From positions 6,401 through 70,400 of the forward strand of contig JALCMW010000011.1 of NCBI GenBank assembly GCA_022648685.1: a DNA stretch of 64,000 nucleotides, written 5' to 3'. Position 1 is the stretch's first letter; every line of letters begins with the position of its first letter. A program made the translations under genes and the position numbers. This document shows, in pieces, positions 29,676 to 39,555 of the stretch. The stretch is from Bacteroidales bacterium (GTDB taxonomy: Bacteria; Bacteroidota; Bacteroidia; Bacteroidales; UBA932). The notes under the pieces are model-generated. The model saw only the letters and a program-made list of their open reading frames with translations, did not search any database and had not been told where the DNA came from.

Positions 29676-31520
29676 TTAATCGAATTGTATTCCGTATATA
29701 GAAAGTTTCTGTTCACCACCCTGGTCCGGAGTAATGCCCTTGAATATTCCCAGAGCCAGCACTACATTTTTACCCTCAAACGCCGATAGATCATATTCGA
29801 ATGCTGCATAATCGGCTTCATTTCCATTCCCTGCGTTATTTATGAATTGCCAGCAACCGTTTCCATCGGTAACCTTGGATGCAGATGCAGCGGTATTGGA
29901 CACCGGATCGAGATATGAAACCGAACCGTCTTCCGAAATGGCAGCTATCTTGAAAGTAGTAGGAGTGTCGTCACTGAAATTACGCACTTTCAGAGTCATA
30001 TGGTCATTAACGGACGAAATATCGAATTTGGAATAGAAATAAGACTCCGGAGTATCGTAATTGGCAGCTACGCCACTTCTTGTCTTTATCACGAATCCCT
30101 GGCTTGCCGTAGGCTCGGTATCTTTGCTCACATACATGAAACCCCAATTGGCAGCAATCTGGCCGGTTCCGTTCCAAACATTGTAACCCGAAGAACTCTT
30201 GCCGTCGGCAGTACCGGGAAGGCCTGTAAATGATGTCTTTTCATCAGGCATTATAGAACGGACTGTCTCCATTGTAAGATGCCATCCGGGAAGAGCGGCG
30301 ACTTCGGTTCCGGGAAGATACTCGTCGTTGTTCACCTGTTCTTTTGCGAAAGACATATGCCTTATAGGAAGCTGATGCCAGTAATCGCCGGTCGCCGCAC
30401 GATATATGCCTACGGCCACGATAACTTCTTTTCCGACATAATCGCTTAGATCGAAAGCATACTCGCTATAACTGTCGCTTCCATGGGAACGGTTTTCCCC
30501 GACTTTCTCGGAAACCGGATCGGCAGCCGAAAGGTCGACAACCTGGACTCCGAACTGGAGAGGAGCATCAGCAGTAGTATTATGGGTACGGACATACAAA
30601 GTAAGGATCTTATTGTCTTCCGTAATTTTCTTCTTGCCGTAAGTGAATGTGTTGAAATTGTCCAGATCGGCAGGCTTGGCCTGATCTGCGGCATCATTGA
30701 TGATACGCAAAGTGCAGCCTTCGTTCTGATTTTCAAAATTGCCTACATATTTCAATGTGGACATAAAGACGCAGGACCAATCCACGACTCCGCCTCCGTT
30801 GCCTTTACCTCCTCTGTAATCATCCATATACCAGACATCGGCAACATCAAGATCCTGTTTTGTCAAGCCCGGAAGAATTTCTTTGCCTCCAAGGGTTATG
30901 TCACTTACTGAAATAGCTCCGTCCACAAACATATCGGAAGTAAGACTCTTGGAATATGATCCGTATCCCGTTTTTGAAACGGAAAGAGTGTAATCCCTGA
31001 TTACAAGACCTTCGAAACGGTAAGTACCGTCATTCCCCGTAGTGACATCGTCACCGGCACCTATACTGACCTTGGCTCCGGACAACGGGACGTTGCCGTT
31101 CTGGGCATCCAGTATTTTTCCGCTTATGATACCTGCCGCATATTCCATAATAGGTGAAAGAGAAACGGAGCCGTCCATGAAACGATTCTCGGGAATGGTT
31201 ATTCCTACCGAGGCATAGCCTTTTTTCTCGAATGTAACGAACTGGGCGGTAACGGGAATATCGGAAATGGAGAAAGTACCGTCCGCTCCGGTAGTGGAAG
31301 AAGATTCCAATTCCCTGGCAGTATCCGTGGTTTTTACTGTAACTGTAACATCGGAAAGCAGATTGCCCTGAGTATCCTTTACCGTCCCGGTAATAGTCCC
31401 TTTGACGACAGTTTCGCCGGAACCGCCATTTTCATCGTCACGGCATGAAACGCCGGACAGTGCAATTGCCGAAATCATTGAAACAAGAGCGAATACTCTT
31501 GAAATTTGTTTGAATTTCAT
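29676..31520 (-). CDS. Surface lipoprotein with two carboxypeptidase-regulatory-like domains and a tandemly duplicated beta-sandwich module (candidate glycan-binding protein)
   Basis: Lipobox GVSC followed by acidic RDDE; GTITGTVKD / GIISGKILDA repeats; duplicated C-terminal module (YAFDLSDYVGKEVIVAVGIY versus FEYDLSAFEGKNVVLALGIF). Confidence 0.7.
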   Translation of the reverse strand: MKFKQISRVFALVSMISAIALSGVSCRDDENGGSGETVVKGTITGTVKDTQGNLLSDVTVTVKTTDTARELESSSTTGADGTFSISDIPVTAQFVTFEKKGYASVGITIPENRFMDGSVSLSPIMEYAAGIISGKILDAQNGNVPLSGAKVSIGAGDDVTTGNDGTYRFEGLVIRDYTLSVSKTGYGSYSKSLTSDMFVDGAISVSDITLGGKEILPGLTKQDLDVADVWYMDDYRGGKGNGGGVVDWSCVFMSTLKYVGNFENQNEGCTLRIINDAADQAKPADLDNFNTFTYGKKKITEDNKILTLYVRTHNTTADAPLQFGVQVVDLSAADPVSEKVGENRSHGSDSYSEYAFDLSDYVGKEVIVAVGIYRAATGDYWHQLPIRHMSFAKEQVNNDEYLPGTEVAALPGWHLTMETVRSIMPDEKTSFTGLPGTADGKSSSGYNVWNGTGQIAANWGFMYVSKDTEPTASQGFVIKTRSGVAANYDTPESYFYSKFDISSVNDHMTLKVRNFSDDTPTTFKIAAISEDGSVSYLDPVSNTAASASKVTDGNGCWQFINNAGNGNEADYAAFEYDLSAFEGKNVVLALGIFKGITPDQGGEQKLSIYGIQFD

Positions 31521-31625
31521 GGTTAAAAATTATTGTGTTAAACTATTAGTGTGGTTCTTGAAAAGGAAATCATCTCCAAAAATCAATATTTTCCTTAAAC
31601 GATTGACGAAGAAAAGAGACATGGA

Positions 31626-31652
31626 TTAACCATAAGATTAAGTTAGGGTTAA
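31626..31652. promoter_or_regulatory. Imperfect inverted repeat between the divergent PUL and regulator genes (candidate operator)
   Basis: TTAACCATAA-N7-TTAGGGTTAA; 9 of 10 positions are symmetric. Confidence 0.4.
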
Positions 31653-31662
31653 ATAATAAAAA

Positions 31663-31693
31663 TTTATTTTTAATCTTGTTTTCTTTATATTTG
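31663..31693 (+). promoter_or_regulatory. Primary-sigma promoter of the regulator gene
   Basis: TTTA-N19-TATATTTG, ending 23 nt before the ATG at 31717. Confidence 0.65.
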
Positions 31694-31716
31694 TTTTACA
31701 AGGACACGTAAAGACT

Positions 31717-34236
31717 ATGATCAAAAGAATCTTAACTGCAGTTCTTTTTATCTTCTCCCTTTTGATTCAGTCTTTCGAATGCGAAAGTCAGGGACTGAGA
31801 TTCACAGGATTGGAACAAAGCATAGACAAGAGAACTTCTTACGACGTTTTCGGAGGCAAACCCAGATCTTTTTACAAACAATTGGGCATAAGCTTTGAAC
31901 TGCAAACCTATCCGGAAGCCGAGCGGGGATATATTCTGAGAATAAAGACCGGAAGCAGCAATAAAGTTCCGGTAATAAATCTTTTCTATGACGGGGCCAA
32001 AGATTCACTCAGATTCATGGTCAATGCGGAGGGGCAAAAGACCTTGATCCGGCTGCGGTTCCCTAAATTGATAAAAGGGAAAGCATCGGAATGGCTTAAA
32101 ATACGGCTTGTCCTCGACATGGAAAAAGACTCGGTAAAATTGACAGCCGGGAAGGATTCGGCTGCCGTCCACCTACTTCTCCCCGATGTCATCAAAGGAC
32201 AGATACTGTTCGGAAAAAGCGATTATAATATAGACGTCCCTTCTTTTTCTATAAAGAATCTCATAATAGGCGACGGACACAAATACTTTTTCCCGCTCGA
32301 CGAAGAATACGGCGAGAAGGTCAAAGATTCGGACGGCAGGATAAAAGGCATCGTAAAGAATCCCGTATGGCTCTTCGGCAATTATTCCAAGTGGAGAAAA
32401 TTGGGGAAATATAATTCCGGGGCTTTTTTCTGTGCCGGATACGATTCTAAAAAACACGAGATATATTTCTTCGATAACGATTCCATACATTTCTATAATA
32501 TTCCTTACGAAACCGTCCGTTCCCGCGCTTTCAGAAACCGGTGCCCCGTATCGATCACGATAGGTACCAACTTCATGGATAATGAAACGGGAAGAATATA
32601 TTCATATGAAGTTTATTACGACAAACCGGATAAAGGGCCTGTGACTCTGTCGGTATTGGATACGAATACAATGGAGTGGACGGCATTAAGTGATGAGAAA
32701 AAGACTATGCAGATGCACCATCACGACGAATGGCTGGACAGTGAACACGGAAGATTCCTGATATACGGAGGATTCGGAAATTCGAGATACAACGGCGATT
32801 TCTACAGTCTGGATATGAAATCTTACAAATGGACAAAATCCGGGAATATATGCGGAGACAAGCCATGGCCGCGATATTTTTCTGCAATGGGATATGAAGA
32901 CAAGGAAAAGTTACTGTACATCTACGGAGGTATGGGGAATAAAAGCGGGAACCAGGTCGTAGGAAGGGAATATATATATAATCTGTACAGTGTGGATCCC
33001 GTTTCTATGAAAGCGAAAAAATTATGGGAGATTCCATGGACAGGACCCAATTCAGTAGCGGCTAGAAATATGATATTGACCGGGGACGGATATTTCTATG
33101 TCTTGTGCTATCCGGAAAGTGTAACAGAATCCGAATTGCACTTGTACAAATTCAACATAAAAGACGGTTCCCACGAAATATTGGGCAATTCAATTCCTAT
33201 ATTTTCGGACAAGATCACGACCAATGCAAATCTCTTCTATGATAAGGGGTTACGAAAGCTCATAACTATCGTTGAAGAATCACCCGACGATATAAAATCT
33301 TCAGTTACCCTGTATTCGATAGAATATCCGCCACGAGCTGCGGATGCCAACCATAACGGGAATGAAGCTATCGGAACAAGAAAAAAGATATGGATCGCTT
33401 TTGCATCCTCCATTTTGGTAATGATTTTTCTGGGTTCCTTCATTATCTATAAAAAAAAGAAAAAAACGTCCCGGAACCATGATGCAGGCAAACCCGCACT
33501 GACTGCAAAAGGAACGGAAAGATTGAAGCCTTTTGAAAGCAAAGTGAACTCCATTTTTCTTTTCGGCGGTTTTTCCGTAAAAGACATGAACGGGGAAGAC
33601 ATTAGCGGGCTATTCACCGAGAAAATAAAAGAATTATTCTGTCTTGTACTCCAATATTCGGACGATGGAGGTATTTCTTCAAAAAGACTTAGCGGGCTTA
33701 TATGGCCGGACAAGGAAGAAAACAAAGCAAAAAACATACGTGGGGTAACTATCAACAGCCTGAGAAAGATATTGGGACGGCTAGACGGCATAGAACTCAT
33801 ATTCGAAGAAGGAAAGTTCAGGATTGTCATCGGAAAAGATCTGTTCTGCGACTATACGGAATATGAACGGCTGATCGCTTCAAAAGATTATGGTTCGGAT
33901 GATCTGATAAGGATATTGGCAAGAGGGAATATTCTGTGTGAAGAAGAAGATCCTATATTCGACAAGCTGAAAGATGACGTGGAAAGCACAGCCGAACCGG
34001 CAATGGAAACGGAAATGATAGAAAGATACCGCTCCTCCGATTATCAAAACGCCATTTTATGTTCGGACATAATATTCTCTATGGACCCTCTTAATGAAAC
34101 GGCTTTGTCGTACTCCGTCAGAGCCCTGATGGCACTGGGAAGGAACGATGATGCAAAATTAAGATACAATAGCTTCATTACATTATATAAACACGATTAC
34201 GAAGAGGATTATCCTAAAACTTTCGAATCATTCTGA
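31717..34236 (+). CDS. Membrane-spanning one-component regulator (periplasmic ConA-like and Kelch/beta-propeller sensor, TM helix, SARP/winged-helix-like C-terminus)
   Basis: Kelch-like repeats (FLIYGGFGNSRY, LYIYGGMGNKSG); TM helix IWIAFASSILVMIFLGSFIIY followed by a K-run; cytoplasmic SIFLFGGFSV...KELFCLVL...LIWPD...RGVTINSLRKIL and a TPR-like tail (DPLNETAL). Confidence 0.85.
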   Translation: MIKRILTAVLFIFSLLIQSFECESQGLRFTGLEQSIDKRTSYDVFGGKPRSFYKQLGISFELQTYPEAERGYILRIKTGSSNKVPVINLFYDGAKDSLRFMVNAEGQKTLIRLRFPKLIKGKASEWLKIRLVLDMEKDSVKLTAGKDSAAVHLLLPDVIKGQILFGKSDYNIDVPSFSIKNLIIGDGHKYFFPLDEEYGEKVKDSDGRIKGIVKNPVWLFGNYSKWRKLGKYNSGAFFCAGYDSKKHEIYFFDNDSIHFYNIPYETVRSRAFRNRCPVSITIGTNFMDNETGRIYSYEVYYDKPDKGPVTLSVLDTNTMEWTALSDEKKTMQMHHHDEWLDSEHGRFLIYGGFGNSRYNGDFYSLDMKSYKWTKSGNICGDKPWPRYFSAMGYEDKEKLLYIYGGMGNKSGNQVVGREYIYNLYSVDPVSMKAKKLWEIPWTGPNSVAARNMILTGDGYFYVLCYPESVTESELHLYKFNIKDGSHEILGNSIPIFSDKITTNANLFYDKGLRKLITIVEESPDDIKSSVTLYSIEYPPRAADANHNGNEAIGTRKKIWIAFASSILVMIFLGSFIIYKKKKKTSRNHDAGKPALTAKGTERLKPFESKVNSIFLFGGFSVKDMNGEDISGLFTEKIKELFCLVLQYSDDGGISSKRLSGLIWPDKEENKAKNIRGVTINSLRKILGRLDGIELIFEEGKFRIVIGKDLFCDYTEYERLIASKDYGSDDLIRILARGNILCEEEDPIFDKLKDDVESTAEPAMETEMIERYRSSDYQNAILCSDIIFSMDPLNETALSYSVRALMALGRNDDAKLRYNSFITLYKHDYEEDYPKTFESF

Positions 34237-34836
34237 TCCGGAAGATTCTTTTCCCTGCCTCTCCCCAGCAAGGCTGAATTCACAACCGCAATATTGCTGA
34301 TTGTAGAAATCATATTCCTTGATTATCGCATTGCGACGCTCCTGAAGCCCACCTTTACGCCAGTTAACGTTCCACCATACCACTCCCGGGAAAAGGCTGC
34401 ATGCATACTCTCCGGCCTCATTCACCTGATCCAGATCTTTCCATCTGGAAGAAGCAAGAGTGGTGGTAAGGACTTTGAATCCGTTATCCCTTGCATATCT
34501 GGCAGCCCGTTCCAATCTGAAACGGAAACACTGCAGACATCTTTGTCCTCTTTCCGGTTCGGTTTCCAGACCCCGCGCTATTGCCTGCCATTCACCGTGA
34601 CCGTATTCGTCATCGATTATCCGCAATCCTAGAGCTTGCGCATAACGGATACATTCATTTCTTCTTACATCGTATTCTTCCCGGGGAAAGATATTGGAAT
34701 TGCTGTAAAATATAGTAGGGACAATGCCGTTATGCACCATCCATTCGACTATCGCAGAAGAACAGGGAGCGCAACATGCATGCAGAAGCACTTTTGTCTC
34801 CCCTTCCACCGGAATTTTAAAATTTTGTTTTTTCAT
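34228..34836 (-). CDS. queH: Epoxyqueuosine reductase QueH (DUF208)
   Basis: LLHACCAPCS, EPERGQRCLQCFRFRL, FKVLTTTL and YNQQYCGCEFS motifs. Confidence 0.93.
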   Translation of the reverse strand: MKKQNFKIPVEGETKVLLHACCAPCSSAIVEWMVHNGIVPTIFYSNSNIFPREEYDVRRNECIRYAQALGLRIIDDEYGHGEWQAIARGLETEPERGQRCLQCFRFRLERAARYARDNGFKVLTTTLASSRWKDLDQVNEAGEYACSLFPGVVWWNVNWRKGGLQERRNAIIKEYDFYNQQYCGCEFSLAGERQGKESSGSE

Positions 34837-37800
34837 TTATCCGGTTCTAATCTTGTGACCATCTCCGATACCGGAACAGCCATTCCGGCTTCTCCTTTCG
34901 CGGCTGTGGCGGCAAATATCTTTATATGCTTGTCCTTAGGCAATACTATTTCGTTCCTTCCGTTGACAGGGATATAAATCATATACATATAAGTATGTAC
35001 ATAAGCCTCGTTCCTGTTTCTGGAATCGTGCCTGTGCATACCCACATAAGCGACATCGCCTTTCTTGAGGAATGCAGTATATCTGTCCTTCCAGTTTCCG
35101 CTTCCGAAGAACCCCGAATAATAAGGAATCCCACGTTCGAAAATTTTGTTACCGCAAGAAAATGATGCAGTCCTGTCGCCTTCCGACGAAGAGGCCAGGA
35201 AATATACACCATCGCTGCCGGAAGGGACCTGCAGGGTCTGGCCGGCACATGAAACGGCATTGCCGACATCGGGTTTACCCATTACGAAAGGTATGCCTTT
35301 ATGGATCAGAGTATCAGGAATCAGTTCGGCGGCATAAGAATGCCAATCCTTGTCGAAATGCCCGAATGCGCTGAAAGCGTCGGAAGTAATGGCTGTATTG
35401 TCAAACTTCAGCTTGACGGAATTGTATTCCGGTTTCGGGGAAACTGCCGCAGGCGATGTGAAACGGACACGATATGTCTTCGGGGAAAATCCAGATGCAC
35501 GGACGTCAAGTTCATTTCCGGCAAACGATGCCTTCGCTTTATATTCTTCTATCCCATTGTCTTCATCAGCCGATGAGATTTGCGGAGCGAATGTTATCTT
35601 TCCTTCGGAACCGCGGCCGGACAATTCATATATTCTGACTATATAACCGTCACCGTCTTCGGCTTTCTTGAACGATTTGACACGTATCTCCGGAGTTGAA
35701 GTCTTAAGAAAAGAAAACGATCTGCCGTATCCGCCGGAATGGCTTACGGTCATGAAAGCCGCTTTTTTCTGGTTCAGTATGTCGGCGGAAGCCGTCACGG
35801 CACCGCCGTCCAACGCCCCTTTGTGACCGGTTATGGAATAAGTGAATTCATGAGGGCCTATGTCCTGTGTCCTCTGATTCACATAATTGTTCCTGGCGGC
35901 TGTAGGAGTATGCAAAAGCGTAAGACGCAAAGTCCCGGCATCGGGCTTGTCCCATCCGTATTTGCAATCGTTCATTACGGTTACTCCGTAAGAACCGTCA
36001 TCGGCCGTCATATCGGCCCATTCCTGAGCCGGAACTTCATAAGCCGTTTCTGTGTTGCTGCCTCTTCCCACATATCCAAGACCCAGATCGTAGTTCGCTT
36101 TGGACGCACTGAAAGAAAGAGGGAAAGAAGCCTTTAGAAGAGAATGCATGGACTGCCAGTCCACATCCGTTTTTACATCTATCCTGTCGTCTTCGGCACC
36201 GTCGGTAAGACTGATCCTCTGGACAAACCGGGAATCCCCGTAATTTTTCTCCACTTTGAGAGTAGCCCTGAGCGGACCTTTCTCTTCTATCGATATCCTG
36301 ACATTCCCGTTCACGGGGACAGGAGTCTCGTCAAGAGTCTTTTTAAGTATTTCCCATGCAGGCCAATCATCCGAAACATCATTAGGGAATACACGCAAGC
36401 CTATGGACTTGCCCGCGGCTACCATCTCCTTTCCGTAACGCTTGTCCAGGATCGAAGAAATGTCGCCGTTATTATCGAGAGTAACTTTGTAAAAAGCATT
36501 TTCTATCGTCCTGTCCGAAATCTTCAGACGGGTATTGACCTTACGGTAAGAAGACGGCCGCACATCATATACATTCATGCTCATAGAAGGGTCCGCGCCT
36601 GCAAAAAGCAGTGTAACCGAATCCTTTTTCCTGTTTATGATCTGTGATCCAACCTCTTTTCCGGAATGGCCGAAAACTCTTACCGAAGACTTTACCGACG
36701 GCAAAGGCAAAGTCACCTCAACCATATCATTATTAGTTACCGTCACAGGATTGAAAACGACTACCGGGACGCCCTTTGTCCTTGTATCCATAACGGAAGA
36801 AACTCCGGAAACGGAACCGTCGATTATTCCTGCAAACTGATTCTGCGAAAGCATCTGGTCGTTCCATGTGAAAGTATACGCGTCGACTATGCAGGTACCG
36901 GGAAGATCATCATGGAACTGATGCCATATGAAACGCCTGTAAGCTTCCGTCAGTTCATATCCCGGATAGTCCACGGTTCCTAGCCAGTCTGCCATGGATG
37001 CACCGGCTTCGGCGGCGAATCCGAGCTGCTCGCTCCTCCTGTTCAATCTTTTCTCATCGGAATTCGAAGTATAACCGCCCGTCCCATGTGTATCCATCAG
37101 GAGCTCCCCTTTGAACACAGGCAGGAAACCCGAATTCTTGAGATATCCGAAATCCTTGAACATATCGTCCGCCGCGGCGAATTTGATTTTAAAAGGTCCT
37201 TTTTCCCGGCGGCATTGATCAAGCATCGCTACAGTCTGCGGAAGAGGCGATCCTCCCTGATCCCCGTGAAGACGGGATGAACGGGTTCCGAAATATCTGA
37301 AAGCCGCCTTGACCTTGGAATCTTTTATCTTATCCAGCAATTCCTTGTTGTCATAAATTTCAGTAACGGGATCCCAGCCGTAACCGGAACCGTTGGGTGC
37401 CGCAAGTATGCCTTCTCCGTCAATTCCTTGCCATATCCCGAATTCGAAAGGGTATTTTCTCCCGTCAGGATAAAACGGATGATACCTCCATTGTAATTTC
37501 TGGGTATGGAATCCTATCAAACCGCAATGGGCGGCCACGGTAGGAAGGGTATAGCCGAACCCGAAACAATCCGGAAGCATGATTTCATATGATTTCACTC
37601 CGAATTCCTTTTTATAGAAATCTTCGGCAAGAAGAATATTCCTGAAATTGGATTCCACACTCGGTACATTGTAATCGTTAGCATTCCATGAAGCCCCGGC
37701 CGGATACCATTGCCCGTTTTTTATATATTTTTTAAGTATCGAATAGTACTGCGGATAGTATTCTTTTGCCCACAAATATATCACAGCCCCCTCCAAAGAA

Positions 37801-38042
37801 AACTTGTACTGCGGATACTGCCGCATAAGACTGAAATTCTGCAGCAACGTATTGGGAATGAATTCATTTATTGTTTGTTGCACCGTCCATCTCCACTGGG
37901 TATCCATATGTGCATTGGCCACCATATAGACTGTCGGTTCGAATTTAGCGGTATCCGCCGACGTTTGCGCCGCCGCCGGCCGGCCCGCAACCGTACCTGC
38001 CGTCAAGACGGCGATTGAAATAAAAAGATTCCTGACTTTCAT
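34833..38042 (-). CDS. GH38 alpha-mannosidase, secreted/periplasmic
   Basis: ANAHMDTQWRW Zn site; MLPDCFGF nucleophile region; WHQFHDDLPGT; YEVPAQEWAD; LRLTLLHTP; signal peptide. Its stop overlaps the queH start (ATGA). Confidence 0.94.
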   Translation of the reverse strand: MKVRNLFISIAVLTAGTVAGRPAAAQTSADTAKFEPTVYMVANAHMDTQWRWTVQQTINEFIPNTLLQNFSLMRQYPQYKFSLEGAVIYLWAKEYYPQYYSILKKYIKNGQWYPAGASWNANDYNVPSVESNFRNILLAEDFYKKEFGVKSYEIMLPDCFGFGYTLPTVAAHCGLIGFHTQKLQWRYHPFYPDGRKYPFEFGIWQGIDGEGILAAPNGSGYGWDPVTEIYDNKELLDKIKDSKVKAAFRYFGTRSSRLHGDQGGSPLPQTVAMLDQCRREKGPFKIKFAAADDMFKDFGYLKNSGFLPVFKGELLMDTHGTGGYTSNSDEKRLNRRSEQLGFAAEAGASMADWLGTVDYPGYELTEAYRRFIWHQFHDDLPGTCIVDAYTFTWNDQMLSQNQFAGIIDGSVSGVSSVMDTRTKGVPVVVFNPVTVTNNDMVEVTLPLPSVKSSVRVFGHSGKEVGSQIINRKKDSVTLLFAGADPSMSMNVYDVRPSSYRKVNTRLKISDRTIENAFYKVTLDNNGDISSILDKRYGKEMVAAGKSIGLRVFPNDVSDDWPAWEILKKTLDETPVPVNGNVRISIEEKGPLRATLKVEKNYGDSRFVQRISLTDGAEDDRIDVKTDVDWQSMHSLLKASFPLSFSASKANYDLGLGYVGRGSNTETAYEVPAQEWADMTADDGSYGVTVMNDCKYGWDKPDAGTLRLTLLHTPTAARNNYVNQRTQDIGPHEFTYSITGHKGALDGGAVTASADILNQKKAAFMTVSHSGGYGRSFSFLKTSTPEIRVKSFKKAEDGDGYIVRIYELSGRGSEGKITFAPQISSADEDNGIEEYKAKASFAGNELDVRASGFSPKTYRVRFTSPAAVSPKPEYNSVKLKFDNTAITSDAFSAFGHFDKDWHSYAAELIPDTLIHKGIPFVMGKPDVGNAVSCAGQTLQVPSGSDGVYFLASSSEGDRTASFSCGNKIFERGIPYYSGFFGSGNWKDRYTAFLKKGDVAYVGMHRHDSRNRNEAYVHTYMYMIYIPVNGRNEIVLPKDKHIKIFAATAAKGEAGMAVPVSEMVTRLEPDK

Positions 38043-38192
38043 ATTAATATCGATTAATCAGTTGGTTTTAGCAGTAACGGCAATAAATATAACGATTTCT
38101 TTAAAATATTTATCCGTTTCATTTGTCTTACTATTCAGAGAGCGGTTAAAGAATAATTGATGACCGCTCAATATTTATTATATGAACATATT

Positions 38193-38462
38193 ATGATGGA
38201 ATTTTTCAGACATCTTTTCAAAGAAGATAAAATGATACGGATAGATGACGACAGATGCGTAAGGTGTGGAATCTGTGTAAAAGAATGCAGGAATAATGTG
38301 CTTGCGATGGTAAATGACGAAAAAGGATTGCATGTCGGAGTTGTACATCCTGAAAATTGCTCTCATTGCACACATTGTGTGGATTCATGCAGTTTCAAGG
38401 CAATTTCGTTCTCCGGAGAGACGTCAAAAGGACGTGGAAAAGAACTGGCAGGCATACGATAA
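38193..38462 (+). CDS. 2x[4Fe-4S] ferredoxin-like protein
   Basis: CVRCGICVKEC and CSHCTHCVDSC motifs. The start is uncertain (38157, 38193, 38196 or 38232). Confidence 0.85.
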   Translation: MMEFFRHLFKEDKMIRIDDDRCVRCGICVKECRNNVLAMVNDEKGLHVGVVHPENCSHCTHCVDSCSFKAISFSGETSKGRGKELAGIR

Positions 38463-38534
38463 CGGAACAAATTGCGATATTTGTATGAATACGAAAAATA
38501 AAGATACGGAAACAAACAATAAAAATAAATCTAT

Positions 38535-38960
38535 ATGAGAAAGAACAATCACAGACGGAATTCTCCCGAAGGCAAATACGACGTCAGGCACTATACCGGA
38601 CATATCCTGTTTTTCATAATTGCCACCTTGGTTCTCGGACTCGTGATAATGCTGCTGTGGAATGCAATAATCCCCGGCATGTTCGGCATCCCGGAAATAA
38701 CGTTCTGGAAAGCCATAGGCTTGTTCATCCTTGCAAGAATACTTTTCGGCGGAATATGGAAAAGCGGAATGTTTTCTTCGGACGGGAACAAGCGCAGACA
38801 CGATTCCTACCGGGACAGTCCCTTATATAGGGAATGGTCTGCAATGACTCCCGAACAGCGTAATGAATATATGGACAGGAAAAGAGAATCTTTCCGGCAT
38901 TGGCACGGAGGACGCAATTTCGATTTCGGGTCGAACGGAGAAAAAGATCCCGCCGAATAA
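38535..38960 (+). CDS. Small membrane protein of unknown function (LLWNAIIP motif) upstream of an ECF sigma
   Basis: Two hydrophobic segments (ILFFIIATLVLGLVIMLLWNAIIPGMFGIPEITFWKAIGLFILARILFGG) and a charged tail with WSAMTPEQRNEY. Confidence 0.8.
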   Translation: MRKNNHRRNSPEGKYDVRHYTGHILFFIIATLVLGLVIMLLWNAIIPGMFGIPEITFWKAIGLFILARILFGGIWKSGMFSSDGNKRRHDSYRDSPLYREWSAMTPEQRNEYMDRKRESFRHWHGGRNFDFGSNGEKDPAE

Positions 38961-38967
38961 TATACGG

Positions 38968-39555
38968 ATGATGGCAAAAAACACCGCCGGTAAAAAAACT
39001 GAAGACTCTGCGGAAAACATCATCATGAAATATCGTCCCCGCATCAAGGCATTCATAAAAAGCAATGTCGATAATAATGAAGATGCGGAAGATATAGAAC
39101 AGGATGTTTTCTTCCAGCTTGTCAAAAAACTGGATGAGGCCGCAAACCCCATCCGGGAGGTATCGGCATGGTTGTACAAAGTGGCGAGAAATACTATAAT
39201 CAACAAAGGGAAGAAAAAGAAAGAATTGTCCCTGGAAACGGGCAAAGGGGACGATTCCGATGACGATATAGATGATATCCTGGAATTTATGTTCTCAGAC
39301 GATGGTGAAAATTCCCCGGAAACTGAATATTTGAAATCTTTGTTCTGGACGGAACTTGAGGATGCTCTGGGGCAACTTCCGGAAGAGCAAAGGGAGATTT
39401 TCGAACTGACGGAATTCGAAGGCATCCCTGTAAAGGAAATATCGGAAGCTTCCGGTGTCCCTGTAAACACTTTGCTGTCCAGGAAACATTATGCAGTCAT
39501 TTACTTGAGGAAGAAACTTGAAACGGTATATCAGGAAATAATGGAAGGAAAATAA
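38968..39555 (+). CDS. RNA polymerase ECF sigma-70 factor
   Basis: EDAEDIEQDVFFQL, SAWLYKVARNTIIN, LPEEQREIFELTE...VKEISEASGVPVNTLLSRKHYAV. I moved the start to the in-frame ATG at 38968, after the upstream stop. Confidence 0.93.
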   Translation: MMAKNTAGKKTEDSAENIIMKYRPRIKAFIKSNVDNNEDAEDIEQDVFFQLVKKLDEAANPIREVSAWLYKVARNTIINKGKKKKELSLETGKGDDSDDDIDDILEFMFSDDGENSPETEYLKSLFWTELEDALGQLPEEQREIFELTEFEGIPVKEISEASGVPVNTLLSRKHYAVIYLRKKLETVYQEIMEGK

